Below are positions 52,537-63,586 of a stretch of 64,000 nt of DNA, in pieces; within the stretch, counting starts at the first letter, position 1, and each line of letters starts with the position of its first letter. The stretch comes from Bacillota bacterium (GTDB taxonomy: Bacteria; Bacillota; DTU025). Location of the stretch: the NCBI GenBank assembly GCA_050951805.1, contig JBMNJT010000008.1, positions 64,001 through 128,000 on the forward strand, in the 5' to 3' direction. The notes beneath the pieces are model-generated. The model worked only from the letters and a program-made list of their open reading frames with translations, had not been told where the DNA came from and ran no database searches. The position numbers were made by a program, and so were the translations under genes.

Positions 52537-53310
52537 ATGCAAAGCGGGACGCCGTATGGTCGAGTATTCGCAGAGGTGTATGAGAAGAAGTGGACTTGGT
52601 TTGCGCGGCAGCTGGCACCCAAGATAGAGTCGTTCTACGCCGCGACGCCAATAGGAAGATGCAACAAGTCGATCCTGGATGTCTGTTGTGGCACCGGGCA
52701 GCTTGCCCTCTACTTCCTCGAACGCGGGTTCAGCGTCGCTGGTGTGGATTTTTCCGAGCACATGCTCGCTCATGCCCGCGCCGCGGCGGCGGAGTGGATT
52801 GAGACCGGCAAGGCGCGCTTGGTTCAGGCTAACGCGACGAGCTTCGATGTGGGCGCAGGTTATGGCCTGGCCGTTTCGACATATGACTCTCTCAACCATC
52901 TTCCCGACATCGACGCCCTTTCGGCTTGTTTTCGGTGTATCTATCGGTCTCTTGCCGACGATGGATGGTTTCTTTTCGACCTCAATACGGATCTGGCATT
53001 CAGGACCGACTGGAACGGGGTTTCGGTTCAGGACGATGAGGAATCAATGATCGTGATGAGATCGATCTACGACTCTGTGAACAGGCGAGCCTTCATGAAG
53101 CTGTCGGGGTTTGTGAGGGCGCAGGATGGCAGGTACGATAGGTTTGAGGAGTTCGTGTCTGAGACAGCGTTTCCTCTGAAAGAGGTCAAGCATGCTTTGG
53201 AGGATGCAGGGTTCAGTAGCGTGAGATGCGTTGACGCAGCGGATTTTGGGACGCCACTTGACAATGATCCCGAGACCAAGAAGAGGGTATTTTTGGTGGC
53301 TGGCAAGTGA
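52537..53310 (+). CDS. Class I SAM-dependent methyltransferase
   Basis: ILDVCCGTG, GVDFSEHML, DSLNHL, G.FLFD; ATG after GGAGG. Confidence 0.9.
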   Translation: MQSGTPYGRVFAEVYEKKWTWFARQLAPKIESFYAATPIGRCNKSILDVCCGTGQLALYFLERGFSVAGVDFSEHMLAHARAAAAEWIETGKARLVQANATSFDVGAGYGLAVSTYDSLNHLPDIDALSACFRCIYRSLADDGWFLFDLNTDLAFRTDWNGVSVQDDEESMIVMRSIYDSVNRRAFMKLSGFVRAQDGRYDRFEEFVSETAFPLKEVKHALEDAGFSSVRCVDAADFGTPLDNDPETKKRVFLVAGK

Positions 53311-54321
53311 AAGCCCGGCGTCAGGCCGGCAGACGACGGTCGGTAAGTAAGATGAGGGCTCTGCGGAGAGCCTAAGATGACAAAAAGAGGAGTGTGTTGA
53401 GGAATTAGGAGATTCTTGCGAGAACAGCGTTTCGTTATTCGTGCTGCTGCCGTCTTGGACATTGGGCGTGGATTGCCGCCCGCAGCTCAACAGACTCCGC
53501 GAGGCCTGCCTGCTCAGTCTCTTACGGACTGCGATACCCGCGAGCTTCGATATGATGCCCAGTTCGAAGTGAAGGTCCATGATGGTGTGTATGGTGTGGG
53601 TGCCTGTGAATTCATCGGGACCCTGTACGAGGCGATCCAGCTCTCTCAGGTGAGGAATTCTACGTTCGCCACCGGCATTATACAGATTATGGGAATCGGG
53701 GATAAGGCGGGAGCATCACAAGCCAGATTATCACGTAGTAAGGATCGACTGTGGCCGCTGTGCCTCGACGTCTAGCTGGATCAACCATCTTCTCAAGGAT
53801 GATTGTGAAGGGCAGGGTTTGTATTCTTAGACAGGAAATCGGCAGGTCATGGTTTCAACCCCATCAAGCACGAAGCATACTACTACATTGTGGACCTCAC
53901 TCACTACCTACTCGAGCTTGGGCAGAAAAACACGCCGGAGTCTGTCGATTGGGAGGATTACATTCGCAGCGACATTCTGCTTTGAAATGTGTACGAGGTG
54001 GTTTCGCTTGAAGAGTACATATACCACTTCCGGCTGGAAGGGATTTGCGATATGCTATTGCCTTGTCTGTAGGCTTCACGGCTCCGGACGCGTCTCCCGT
54101 TGCCCACAAGTATCCGGGTGGGCGTCTTGAAGTAACATTCCCTGAAGGGTTGGAGCTGAGGGTATTGTATGGTGATCCTGATGACTTCGCTTTTGCCCCC
54201 GAGCCGGCAAAAACGACTAGGAGGAACTTTCGTCAGCAGGCTTTGCAATGCCGCAGCCCTGACGTGGGGGGCCAATTGTGGTAGAGTAGTTGCAGTCTGT
54301 TTTGAGAGGCGGGGCGCATTC

Positions 54322-54858
54322 GTGGAATTATGGGATGTATATGACTCCAACAGAGAGAAGGTTGGCAAGACTGCAGTGCGAGGGCAGGGACTTGAGGCCG
54401 GAGAGTATCATGTTGTTGTCCACATATGGTTGGTGAATAGTGAAGGCAACTTCCTGATCCAGAAGCGTGCAGCATCTGTCGAGGCGGCGCCTAACATCTG
54501 GGCCACGACCGGCGGATCGGCGCTTGCCGGGGAAAACAGCGCCGCTGCGTGCGCAAGAGAGCTGTATGAGGAGATCGGAGTCAGGGCCGACATGGGTAAG
54601 GCCCGGCTTGCCTTCACAGAGAAGAGGGCAGACTGTTTCTGTGACATTTGGATCATCCGACAAAGCATCAACATAGAAGATTGCAAGCTGCAGGTTGAGG
54701 AAGTGAGCGAGGTGAAATGGGCCTCTCCCGGAGAGATCCGGTTCATGATAGCCCAGGGGACGTTCTGGGGGTACCGATACATTGAAGGCCTGTTCAGCCT
54801 GGTGCAGGCTGACGAATCCGAAAGTCGCCCAAGAAAGCGTTCCGGCTTCAACAGCTAA
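54322..54858 (+). CDS. NUDIX hydrolase
   Basis: ELWDVYD, LIQKR, Nudix box GGSALAGENSAAACARELYEEIG, LQVEEV. Confidence 0.88.
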   Translation: MELWDVYDSNREKVGKTAVRGQGLEAGEYHVVVHIWLVNSEGNFLIQKRAASVEAAPNIWATTGGSALAGENSAAACARELYEEIGVRADMGKARLAFTEKRADCFCDIWIIRQSINIEDCKLQVEEVSEVKWASPGEIRFMIAQGTFWGYRYIEGLFSLVQADESESRPRKRSGFNS

Positions 54859-55832
54859 TACAGGCGTCGGCCCCATCTTTGCCGCTCCCTTCATGGAATG
54901 CTGACACATACTTGGATCATCTTGGCGCTTGGGGCCCGTTAAAAGCCCATCATAGCCCGCCAATCTGGAACAGATCGACTCAGCGGGTCGCCGTGCGGTG
55001 GCAAAACGAAGAAGAAGGCGCTGCGGTGATAGTCGGAATACTCTGAGGCTGGGAAAGCCAGCCACATTAGGAAGCGGCGAGGCTCCACAAAGGCTAAAAT
55101 GCGAGGCCACGAGCGTGCTCGCGCTGTAGTTCTTCAAGCATTGATCGAACTAGCCCTGCTCCGAAAAGCATGGACCTGTATGCTGAAAATCGGCTGATGC
55201 GACTTTTCGCGAATATCCCTTCCAATCCGCTTCGGCCCACCTGAGTAGACCGCAACAAATCTCTGCGCGATCCCCAAGTTGTACTGTCGCTGTCTGGGAG
55301 ACTCCTAAGCCTAGGAAAGCGCCGTGCGGCGTAAGGTTCGCCGCGGGGGCGAGCAGGTTCTGCAGACCAGTCTAAAACTTAGACACCCGCGCCCGAAAAG
55401 CGACTAAATAATAGACACATTCCTTGAAGGCAGGCCCAAGTCGCCCTTTCATATGGGTGCGTTGAATGCATAGACTGCCGGAGCGCTCACACGAATCTTA
55501 TGCGCATCGTTTTCGTCGTTGTAAAGAAGATGGTTGCCCGCAAGCGTCGAACCGGGATTTCGATCTACCCTGGCTTTGCCCCGTGAATCATATCCCGGCG
55601 CGGCTCAATGCTGCGGGCGTCTATGGCTAAGGCCAAGATGCGTACGTTGTCGATGCACAAATGCGAACCAATTACCGCACTGCGAAATCGGTGCAAAGAC
55701 GTGTCTACACCTATCAGACATGATATGGCAGGCCGCAAAAGCTTATTGGGAGTTACTTAGCATGCCTGTAGCTTGCCACATCTTGAAGCCCTATTCCAAA
55801 GACGCTCAATCGGGAACAGGGCACGAAAAGTT

Positions 55833-55859
55833 GTTACCCGTCTGTAACTTCCCCGTAAC
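55833..55859 (+). promoter_or_regulatory. Three GT(T/A)AC direct repeats with an 11-bp period
   Basis: GTTAC at 55833, GTAAC at 55844, GTAAC at 55855, then an AT-rich -10-like region, upstream of the acyl-CoA operon. Confidence 0.55.
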
Positions 55860-55973
55860 CCATTATTATTACCATCAATTCAGAGTCTGTGTACTCCGCT
55901 CCAATGACACAGCGAGGCACGGAAGATACCGTAGTACCGGAATATTGCGGATTGCGGGGAGGAGCAGAAGAGA

Positions 55974-56714
55974 ATGCGACTTGACGGCAAGGTTGCAATA
56001 ATCACAGGATCCGGAAGGGGTTTAGGCAAAGAAGCCGCTTTTCTTTTTGCGGAAGAGGGCGCAAGGGTAGTGGTCTGCGACATCAACCGACAGAGCGCTG
56101 AAGAGGTTGCCCTAGCCATTGTCGATGCGGGCGGCGAAGCCATGGCCACAATGGTGGACGTGACCGACTCTGAAAGTGTCCAGAGGATGGTGGATGCCGC
56201 CATGGAGCGGTTCGGAACCATCGACGTGCTGGTTAACAACGCCGGCATAACCGCCGACGCCCAGCTGGTGAAGATGACAGAGGACCAGTGGGATCGGGTG
56301 ATCGCGGTCAACCTCAAGGGCGTGTATCTTTGCACCAAGGCGGTGGCGCCCATTATGATCGCCAAGGGTTCGGGCAGGATCATCAACACCTCTTCAGTGG
56401 TGGGCATCTATGGCAACTTCGGGCAGTCCAACTACGTTGCCACCAAAGCCGGGGTCATCGGAATGACAAAAGTCTGGGCCAAGGAGCTCGGACGGAAGGG
56501 GATCACCGTAAACGCTGTAGCCCCCGGTTTTACCATGACAGAGATGATGTCCACCGTTCCCGAAAAAGTCCTCACCGGTATCAGAGACAGAACTCCCTTG
56601 GGCAGACTGGGCGAGCCTCGAGACATCGCCTATGCATACCTTTATCTCGCATCTAACGAAGCAAGTTTTGTCAATGGCGCGACGATTCAGGTGGATGGCG
56701 GTCTGACTCTTTGA
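55974..56714 (+). CDS. fabG: FabG/PhaB-like 3-oxoacyl reductase (SDR)
   Basis: TGSGRGLG, NNAGI, YVATK, VNAVAPG, VDGG. Confidence 0.88.
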   Translation: MRLDGKVAIITGSGRGLGKEAAFLFAEEGARVVVCDINRQSAEEVALAIVDAGGEAMATMVDVTDSESVQRMVDAAMERFGTIDVLVNNAGITADAQLVKMTEDQWDRVIAVNLKGVYLCTKAVAPIMIAKGSGRIINTSSVVGIYGNFGQSNYVATKAGVIGMTKVWAKELGRKGITVNAVAPGFTMTEMMSTVPEKVLTGIRDRTPLGRLGEPRDIAYAYLYLASNEASFVNGATIQVDGGLTL

Positions 56715-56754
56715 TCACGATTTGGCACAAGACATGTTGCGAGGAGGGACGGTA

Positions 56755-58047
56755 ATGGATGTTAAGGAGCTTTACCGCAGCAAGCTGATCTCCACCCAAG
56801 AGGCGGTGGGCATGGTCTGTTCGGACCAGAGCATCGTTTCAGCCATGTGTGCGGCAGAGCCCCCGGGACTTTTGGGGGCGATCTCTTCCCGCAAGTGCGA
56901 GCTGGAGAATGTGACCATCATGTCTTGCCTCCTGATGCGGGATTACGATTTTCTCAAGCCCGAGATGAAAGGGCATTTCCTAAACGAGGCCTGGTATTAT
57001 GGTCAATACTCCTATATGGCCCATCCAGGCGGAACAGTCACGTTCCTCCCGAACCACCTCAGCGAGTGTGGGCTCAAGAAGGCCCAGATCGATCCGCCCG
57101 ACATCTTCTGGGGAACTGCCACCCCGCCTGACAAGAATGGTTACATGTCCTTGTCCCTCAGTCTCACCTATGAAAAACCCATGATAGCGGCGGCAAAAAC
57201 CGTCGTCCTTGAGATAAACGAGAATCTCCCTCGCACCCTAGGCGACACCCACATCCACATCTCGCAGGTGGACTATGTCGTCGAGAATGCCGTCCCCCTC
57301 GTCGAGATAGACCACATCACCCCTTCAGAGGTCGAGATGGAGATAGGACGTAACGTGGCGTCCTTGATCGAGGACGGAAGCACCATCCAGCTGGGGATAG
57401 GTGGCATTCCAAATGCAGTGACAGCATCTCTCATGGACAAACGCGACCTCGGAGTCCACACCGAGATGCTTACCGACGGCATGGTGGACCTCTTCAATGC
57501 CGGGGTGGTTACAGGGCGCGCGAAGACGCTGTGGCCGGAGAAGATGGTCGGCTGTTTTGCCTTGGGCACTCGCAAGCTCTACGACTTCATCGACGACAAC
57601 TTAGGAGTGGAGCTTCACGGAGGCCACATCACCAACGATCCTAGGGTGATAGCCAAAAACCACAAGATGGTGAGCATCAACACCACCATGCAGGTGGACC
57701 TCGCCGGCCAGGCCAACTCCGAAACCCTGGGAACGAGGCAGTACAGCGGGGGAGGCGGTGCCCTCAATACATGCATGGGTGCGCAGATGTCGCCCGGAGG
57801 CAAGTCAATACTGGCGCTGAGGTCTACAGCTAAGGGCGGTGCCATATCCACCATAGTGCCGTGTTTTGGGGACGGACAGTCAGTTACAATTCCCAGAGCC
57901 GACATCGATTACGTGGTGACGGAGTATGGCATTGCCAGGCTGAAGGCTATGAATATTCGGAAAAGGGTCGAAGCTCTGATCGCCATAGCCCATCCCAACT
58001 ATAGGGATTGGTTGTGGTCGGAGGCCGAGGCTTTGCAATATGTGTAG
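56755..58047 (+). CDS. Acetyl-CoA hydrolase / 4-hydroxybutyrate CoA-transferase family
   Basis: IQLGIGGIPNAV, LGVHTEML (catalytic Glu), DYVVTEYG, IAHP. Confidence 0.9.
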   Translation: MDVKELYRSKLISTQEAVGMVCSDQSIVSAMCAAEPPGLLGAISSRKCELENVTIMSCLLMRDYDFLKPEMKGHFLNEAWYYGQYSYMAHPGGTVTFLPNHLSECGLKKAQIDPPDIFWGTATPPDKNGYMSLSLSLTYEKPMIAAAKTVVLEINENLPRTLGDTHIHISQVDYVVENAVPLVEIDHITPSEVEMEIGRNVASLIEDGSTIQLGIGGIPNAVTASLMDKRDLGVHTEMLTDGMVDLFNAGVVTGRAKTLWPEKMVGCFALGTRKLYDFIDDNLGVELHGGHITNDPRVIAKNHKMVSINTTMQVDLAGQANSETLGTRQYSGGGGALNTCMGAQMSPGGKSILALRSTAKGGAISTIVPCFGDGQSVTIPRADIDYVVTEYGIARLKAMNIRKRVEALIAIAHPNYRDWLWSEAEALQYV

Positions 58048-58086
58048 CCCGTGGCGGAAACTACCGAATTAACGGAGGCGTTGTTG

Positions 58087-59091
58087 ATGGAACGGTATGC
58101 GAGGATCATCGGGACCGGTCTCTATCTTCCGGAGACCGAAATATCCAATGCCCACATGGCTGAGAGGATCAATCAGGCCGCACCTGGCCTAGGTGACGTG
58201 GTGTTCAAGTTTGAAGAGTCTTCGCGCATAATGAAACGGTACTATGCTCCGCGCGATTGGGCCACAAGCGACCTTGCAGCAAAAGCGGCAATGGCCGCCT
58301 TGGAGGACGCGGGGGTTGCCCCTGAAGACCTGGATTTGATCATCTTGGGCACTGACAGCCCAGATTTCATAACCCCTGCCACGTCCGTGGTAACACAGCA
58401 CAAGATCGGGGCAAAAAATGCCGGCACCTACGACATCGGGTGCGCCTGCGCTTCCTTTCCTACAGGTATTGCGGCTGCAGCTGGCCACATCGCGACCAAC
58501 CCGTGGATCCGTTACGTGCTAGTTATCGGCGCATACATGATGAGCAAGTTGGCCGACCCCAATGACGTCACTTCCTTCTTTTACGGGGACGGGGCGGGGG
58601 CGGCAGTGCTTACCGTCGATGACAAGCCCGGGTTCATCACGTCATCATTCATAGCTGATGGATCCTACCACGAGGCATGGGGTATCTACTCTGGCGGAAC
58701 GTACGAACCTGCTACCTGCGACTCTGTCCAGGCGGGCCGGACGAACGTGCGGTTCGTGTCGAAATACCCGGCGGAGGTTAACCATCAGGGCTGGCCCAAA
58801 GTAGTGCGGGCGCTCGCCGAGAGGGGCGGGTTTGAAGTCTCCGATATAGACCTGGCCATATTCACCCAAGTAAACTGGTATTCCATAGACATAGTCATGG
58901 CCGACTTGGGCCTTCCTATCGAAAAGGCACATCGCATCATGGACAGAATGGGATACACCGGATCTGCATGCATTCCCATGGCTTTGGACGATGCGAGGAA
59001 ACAGGGGAGGATTAACCCTGGCGACCTGGTGGTTCTCGTGGGTTCCGGAGTAGGCTACAACCAGGCCGGAGTCGCACTGCGCATGTGGTAG
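58087..59091 (+). CDS. FabH-like (KAS III-fold) protein with a non-canonical triad
   Basis: [20 protein letters not shown]; FTQVN and GYTGSA occupy the HQAN and GNT positions. Confidence 0.85.
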   Translation: MERYARIIGTGLYLPETEISNAHMAERINQAAPGLGDVVFKFEESSRIMKRYYAPRDWATSDLAAKAAMAALEDAGVAPEDLDLIILGTDSPDFITPATSVVTQHKIGAKNAGTYDIGCACASFPTGIAAAAGHIATNPWIRYVLVIGAYMMSKLADPNDVTSFFYGDGAGAAVLTVDDKPGFITSSFIADGSYHEAWGIYSGGTYEPATCDSVQAGRTNVRFVSKYPAEVNHQGWPKVVRALAERGGFEVSDIDLAIFTQVNWYSIDIVMADLGLPIEKAHRIMDRMGYTGSACIPMALDDARKQGRINPGDLVVLVGSGVGYNQAGVALRMW

Positions 59092-59291
59092 CGGGGGAGC
59101 CACGAACCCCAGCCGAATCGGGGGCTTGGGGCGCTGCCATGGATGGTATTGGGACTGGTTCCCTAACTGAGAAAGGCTGGGCGGGGGTGGAAGGTTCAGG
59201 CCCAACTTCGTTGAATCTTGGAATGTGCAGGGGTCTCGGCGAATGCTGCCTTGACCTTGTGCGACCAGAATTGCAATGGAGGTATAGAGGC

Positions 59292-60470
59292 ATGAGAGAG
59301 GTAGTCATAGCTTCTGCTGCGCGAACTGCCATAGGCACGTTTGGGGGAACTCTCGCGACTGTGCCCGCGCCCCGTTTGGGCACTATTGCGGTAAAGGCGG
59401 CTATCGAGAGGGCAGGGATTCGAAACGACGCGGTGGATGAAGTGATCATGGGTTGCGTGCTCCAGGCCGGACAAGGGCAGAACCCTGCGCGACAGGCGGC
59501 GATCGGGGCCGGATTGCCAGTGGAAATTCCCGCAATGACCGTGAACAAAGTCTGCGCTTCAGGGCTTAAGTCGGTGGCCTTAGCCGCCCAGGCGATCATG
59601 GTGGGTGATGCCGAGATCGTAGTGGCGGGCGGGCTGGAGAACATGAACATGGCCCCATACATCCTCGATAAGGCGAGGACCGGGTATCGCATGGGGAACG
59701 CTGAGATCATTGACGAGATGGTTCATGACGGGCTGTGGTGCATCTTCGGAAACACCCACATGGGCATCACCGCGGAGACCGTTGCCGAAAAGTACGGAAT
59801 TTCCCGCGAAGAGCAGGACGAGTTTGCGGCCAAGAGCCAGCAAAAAGCGGCCGAGGCCATAGAGGCCGGCAGATTTGCTGAAGAGATAGTTCCCGTACAG
59901 ATCCCTCAGAGAAAGGGAGATCCGATCGTATTTGCCCAGGATGAGCACGTAAGGCCAGGTACGACAGTGGAGGTTCTCGCAAAGCTCAGGCCGGCCTTTA
60001 AGAAGGACGGCACGGTAACTGCTGGAAACGCCTCGGGCATCAACGACGGCGCGGCGGCGGTAGTGGTCATGTCGGCCGAGCGCGCACGCGACCTGGGGAT
60101 AGAGCCTCTGGCCAAGATCAGATCCTACGCCTCTTTAGGTGTCGATCCGAGCGTAATGGGGATCGGACCGGTGCCTGCCACCAGAAAGGCGCTTGCAAAG
60201 GCCGGACTGTCCCTGGAAGATATCGACCTGATAGAAGCGAACGAAGCCTTTGCTGCGCAGTCCATAGCGGTCGGACGCGACTTGGCATGGGATCCTGACA
60301 AGGTGAACGTCAACGGAGGCGCTATTGCCCTTGGCCATCCCATCGGCGCAAGCGGAACGAGGATCCTCGTCACCCTCCTCCATGAGATGAAACGGAGAGA
60401 TGCCAAGCTCGGCCTTGCTACCCTTTGTATCGGCGGAGGCATGGGCATGGCGATGATAGTTGAGAGGTAA
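59292..60470 (+). CDS. Acetyl-CoA C-acetyltransferase (thiolase)
   Basis: [25 protein letters not shown]. Confidence 0.95.
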   Translation: MREVVIASAARTAIGTFGGTLATVPAPRLGTIAVKAAIERAGIRNDAVDEVIMGCVLQAGQGQNPARQAAIGAGLPVEIPAMTVNKVCASGLKSVALAAQAIMVGDAEIVVAGGLENMNMAPYILDKARTGYRMGNAEIIDEMVHDGLWCIFGNTHMGITAETVAEKYGISREEQDEFAAKSQQKAAEAIEAGRFAEEIVPVQIPQRKGDPIVFAQDEHVRPGTTVEVLAKLRPAFKKDGTVTAGNASGINDGAAAVVVMSAERARDLGIEPLAKIRSYASLGVDPSVMGIGPVPATRKALAKAGLSLEDIDLIEANEAFAAQSIAVGRDLAWDPDKVNVNGGAIALGHPIGASGTRILVTLLHEMKRRDAKLGLATLCIGGGMGMAMIVER

Positions 60471-60688
60471 TCTCTACAGGCAATCACTTTGCCGGGTGGT
60501 CTGAAAGTTCGGAGGCTCGGGAACTTCCGAGGCAAGCCTCGTCAGCTGGCGAGCGATGCAAAGCAGAGCACTGGGAATTTGAGATGGACGCGGGTGGGGC
60601 CGGATGACGACCCTGCGCGGCAATAGCCTCTGGGAAGGACGGTCCCGCATCTATTACACTTAACAGAAATAGCGGAGGAGTTCGAGAA

Positions 60689-60910
60689 ATGACGCGCGAG
60701 ACAGTGATTGCGTCGTTCGTGATCAGGTTCGTCAAGCCCGCGGTGAGCATGGGCCCGCTGGAGAGGGCAGATATGGACCTGGACGATGGGGCGCCAAACC
60801 TCAGAATTGCGGTCAGGCACATCCAAGGGGGATATGAGCGCAGGTTCGCGGATTTGGATGATGCCATTGGCTTCATCCGAGATGAGATCCAACTGCTTGA
60901 GCTGGAATAG
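60689..60910 (+). CDS. Small hypothetical protein (73 aa)
   Basis: Strong GGAGGAG ribosome-binding site; SFVIRF...RI.VRHIQ.G.E..F; sits tight against livH. Confidence 0.7.
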   Translation: MTRETVIASFVIRFVKPAVSMGPLERADMDLDDGAPNLRIAVRHIQGGYERRFADLDDAIGFIRDEIQLLELE

Positions 60911-60913
60911 GGG

Positions 60914-61792
60914 GTGGGGAATGTGTTCGGGCAGCAGGTAGTAAGCGGCCTTTCAGCTGGATGCCTATATGCTCTGGCAGCGTTGGGGCTCGTACTGGTC
61001 TACCGAACCATGGAGATCGTCAACTTCGCCCACGGCGAAATGGCCATGGTATCTACTTTCGTGGCGCACACCCTGCTGATTAAGGCAGGACTGCCATACA
61101 TACTTGCCATGATTGGGGCATTGATATTCGCATTCATCTTCGGTATGGCAGTCGAGCGGATATTCCTCAGGCCGATCCAAGAAGGGCCCCTCATCAGCAT
61201 GATGATCATGACACTCGGGCTTTTCATGGTTTTCAACGGAGCGGCGGGATGGATATGGGGATTTGACCCGGTAAGCTTTCCATACGCGGTTAAGGGACGC
61301 CCCATTCTCATCGGGGACATCATCGTAACCCGCGACAGCCTTCTCGTGTTGGCAGTCACCGTTACAATTGCCGGAGTGCTCTATGCGGCGCTCAAGTTCA
61401 CCATGGCCGGCATTGCTATAAGAGCTGCCTCACAGAACCCGCGCGCCGCGAGGCTCATGGGAGTCCCGGTGCCGAAGGTCTATTCGCTCACCTGGGGCAT
61501 AAGCGCAGTTCTAGGCGCTGTTGCCGGAATACTGATCGCTCCAACCACGTTCTTGAGCCCTAGCATGATGGCGGAGGTCCAGATAAAGGCCTTCACCGCT
61601 GCGGTGCTTGGAGGATTCTCGAGCCTGCCCGGGGCCGTGGTCGGCGGATTGCTCTTAGGCGTGCTTGAGAACCTGGTTGCGGGTTACATCTCTACACAGC
61701 TCAAGAGCACTTTTGCCTTTGCTCTTATAGTCATAGTCCTCCTGATCCGTCCCAGCGGGATCATGGGCGCGACCGAGAAAAGGAAGGTGTGA
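60914..61792 (+). CDS. livH: Liv-type ABC permease LivH (second copy)
   Basis: YALAALG, NFAHGE, KAFTAAVLGG. Confidence 0.9.
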   Translation: MGNVFGQQVVSGLSAGCLYALAALGLVLVYRTMEIVNFAHGEMAMVSTFVAHTLLIKAGLPYILAMIGALIFAFIFGMAVERIFLRPIQEGPLISMMIMTLGLFMVFNGAAGWIWGFDPVSFPYAVKGRPILIGDIIVTRDSLLVLAVTVTIAGVLYAALKFTMAGIAIRAASQNPRAARLMGVPVPKVYSLTWGISAVLGAVAGILIAPTTFLSPSMMAEVQIKAFTAAVLGGFSSLPGAVVGGLLLGVLENLVAGYISTQLKSTFAFALIVIVLLIRPSGIMGATEKRKV

Positions 61793-62820
61793 GGCTCGTG
61801 AAAGACACCCCCAAGGGAACTCGTTGCTTGCTCAAGATGCCTGGCGGTCGCAGTGTTTTGCTCGGCGCGGCCCTCCTTCTGTTGCCCCTCGTTACAATGG
61901 CTTTCGGCAGGACTTACGTAGTATATCTTTACAGCCTTGTCATGGTCTACGTCATTGTCTCATTGGGGCTGAACATTCTGACAGGCTATACAGGACAGAT
62001 TTCCATCGGGCACGCTGGTTTCATGGGAATAGCGGCCTACGCTTCGGCGATATTCACCGGCAGGTTGGGCATCCCGTTTGTTCCCGCAATGATGCTTTCG
62101 GGGCTACTGGCGGCGGTTATAGGGCTGGGCCTTGGGGTGCCTGCGCTGCGGCTTCATGGGCACTACCTCGCCATATGCACCATGGGCTTTGGAGTCGCCG
62201 TAAACCAGCTGTCTGCGGTCTGGGACGGGCTGACAGGCGGATATCAGGGAATGAAGGTTCCTGCCGCATCGATCTTCGGCTACAGGTTCGAGAGCGACCT
62301 CAGCTACTACTACTTGGCCTTGGCAGTGACTTGGCTGATGGTTGTTGCAGCCCGGAATATCCTCCGTTCGCGCCCGGGTAGAGCCCTGATGGCCGTGCGC
62401 GACAGCGAAGTCGCGGCAGAGGCCATGGGGATAAACCTTGCCAAATACAAAGTGGCCGCCTTTGCCATAAGCGCGTTCTATGCAGGGATTGCCGGGAGCC
62501 TCTATGCGCACCTTGTGAAGTACGTGAGCCCGTACGATTTCAACATGGGGGTTTCCATGACATTGCTCGCTTCGATCTGCGTTGGGGGCCTGGGCAGTGT
62601 GCCAGGGTCTATCCTAGGGGCGATCTTTATGACGCTGATGCCCCATGCTTTCAGCCGAGTGAAAAACCTGCCGTTGGTCCTATCAGGAATCTCCCTGATA
62701 TTGGTAGTGCTCTTCCTGCCCTATGGGCTGGCGAGCTTGCCTTGGAAGATAAAGAGCGCAAGAAGTGCAAGATCCACAGGGGGTACAGCGGGGAGGGTAG
62801 AGACGAGTGGCGATGCTTGA
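61789..62820 (+). CDS. livM: Liv-type ABC permease LivM
   Basis: GYTGQISIGHAGF, LRLHGHYLAI, GRALMAVRDSE. Confidence 0.9.
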   Translation: MRLVKDTPKGTRCLLKMPGGRSVLLGAALLLLPLVTMAFGRTYVVYLYSLVMVYVIVSLGLNILTGYTGQISIGHAGFMGIAAYASAIFTGRLGIPFVPAMMLSGLLAAVIGLGLGVPALRLHGHYLAICTMGFGVAVNQLSAVWDGLTGGYQGMKVPAASIFGYRFESDLSYYYLALAVTWLMVVAARNILRSRPGRALMAVRDSEVAAEAMGINLAKYKVAAFAISAFYAGIAGSLYAHLVKYVSPYDFNMGVSMTLLASICVGGLGSVPGSILGAIFMTLMPHAFSRVKNLPLVLSGISLILVVLFLPYGLASLPWKIKSARSARSTGGTAGRVETSGDA

Positions 62821-63586
62821 ACTTGAAGGGATAACCGTGAGGTTCGGGGGACTGGTTGCAGTCGACTCCCTCAGTTTTGGGGTGCGCGAGGGGACTATCC
62901 ACGGACTGATAGGTCCCAACGGAGCCGGAAAGAGCACCGTCTTCAACTGCATATCTGGGTTTGTGAGGCAGGACGAAGGAAGCATATCCTTCCGCGGGCA
63001 GCGGCTTGCATGCGAGCCCCATGACGTCATCGCACGGGGTATAGCCCGAACATTCCAAAACGTCGAGCTTTTCCGCGGACAGACCGTACTCGACAATGTC
63101 CTGATCGGGCTACACACAGCGGGAACCGCTAATTTCATCACCGGGGCATTCCAGACCCGGTCGGCGAGGAAGGATGAAGAGCGCCTCCGGGAGCAAGCAA
63201 TGAAAACCCTCGATTTTTTGGGAATCGGCGAATACGCCGGCAGGATCGCCTACGGTCTCCCCTATGGAGTCCAAAAGCTGGTGGAGCTCGCCAGGGCATT
63301 GGCGCTCAGGCCGAATCTGCTCTTGCTCGACGAGCCTGTTGCAGGCATGAACCCAACCGAGCGAGGGGAGCTGGCAGAGGTCATAAGGAACATCAAAAAA
63401 GAGTTCGGCATGACGGTGCTTTTGGTCGAACACGACATGTCTTTCGTTATGGGGCTCTGCGACGAGATAACTGTGATGAATTTTGGCCGGAAGATAGCGG
63501 AGGGCACTCCCAGCGAGGTCCAACAGGACCCGCAGGTCATCCAGGCCTATCTCGGGGAGGATGCAGGAGATGCTGAGGCTATCTGA
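62807..63586 (+). CDS. livG: Liv-type ABC ATPase LivG
   Basis: FGGLVAV, GPNGAGKST, ARTFQN, LLDEP, VEHDM. Confidence 0.92.
   Translation: MAMLELEGITVRFGGLVAVDSLSFGVREGTIHGLIGPNGAGKSTVFNCISGFVRQDEGSISFRGQRLACEPHDVIARGIARTFQNVELFRGQTVLDNVLIGLHTAGTANFITGAFQTRSARKDEERLREQAMKTLDFLGIGEYAGRIAYGLPYGVQKLVELARALALRPNLLLLDEPVAGMNPTERGELAEVIRNIKKEFGMTVLLVEHDMSFVMGLCDEITVMNFGRKIAEGTPSEVQQDPQVIQAYLGEDAGDAEAI

Noticed and set aside
53416-54300. Short ORFs between the methyltransferase and NUDIX genes
   Set aside because: No recognisable motifs or convincing starts; possibly degraded fragments that I cannot name.
55140-55800. Long intergenic region checked for ncRNA or repeat arrays
   Set aside because: I found no periodic repeat or recognisable RNA motif by eye; an Rfam search would be needed to exclude one.
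60471-60688. Possible cobalamin riboswitch (CTGGGAAGG) between the thiolase and the small ORF
   Set aside because: The other conserved elements are absent or out of order.
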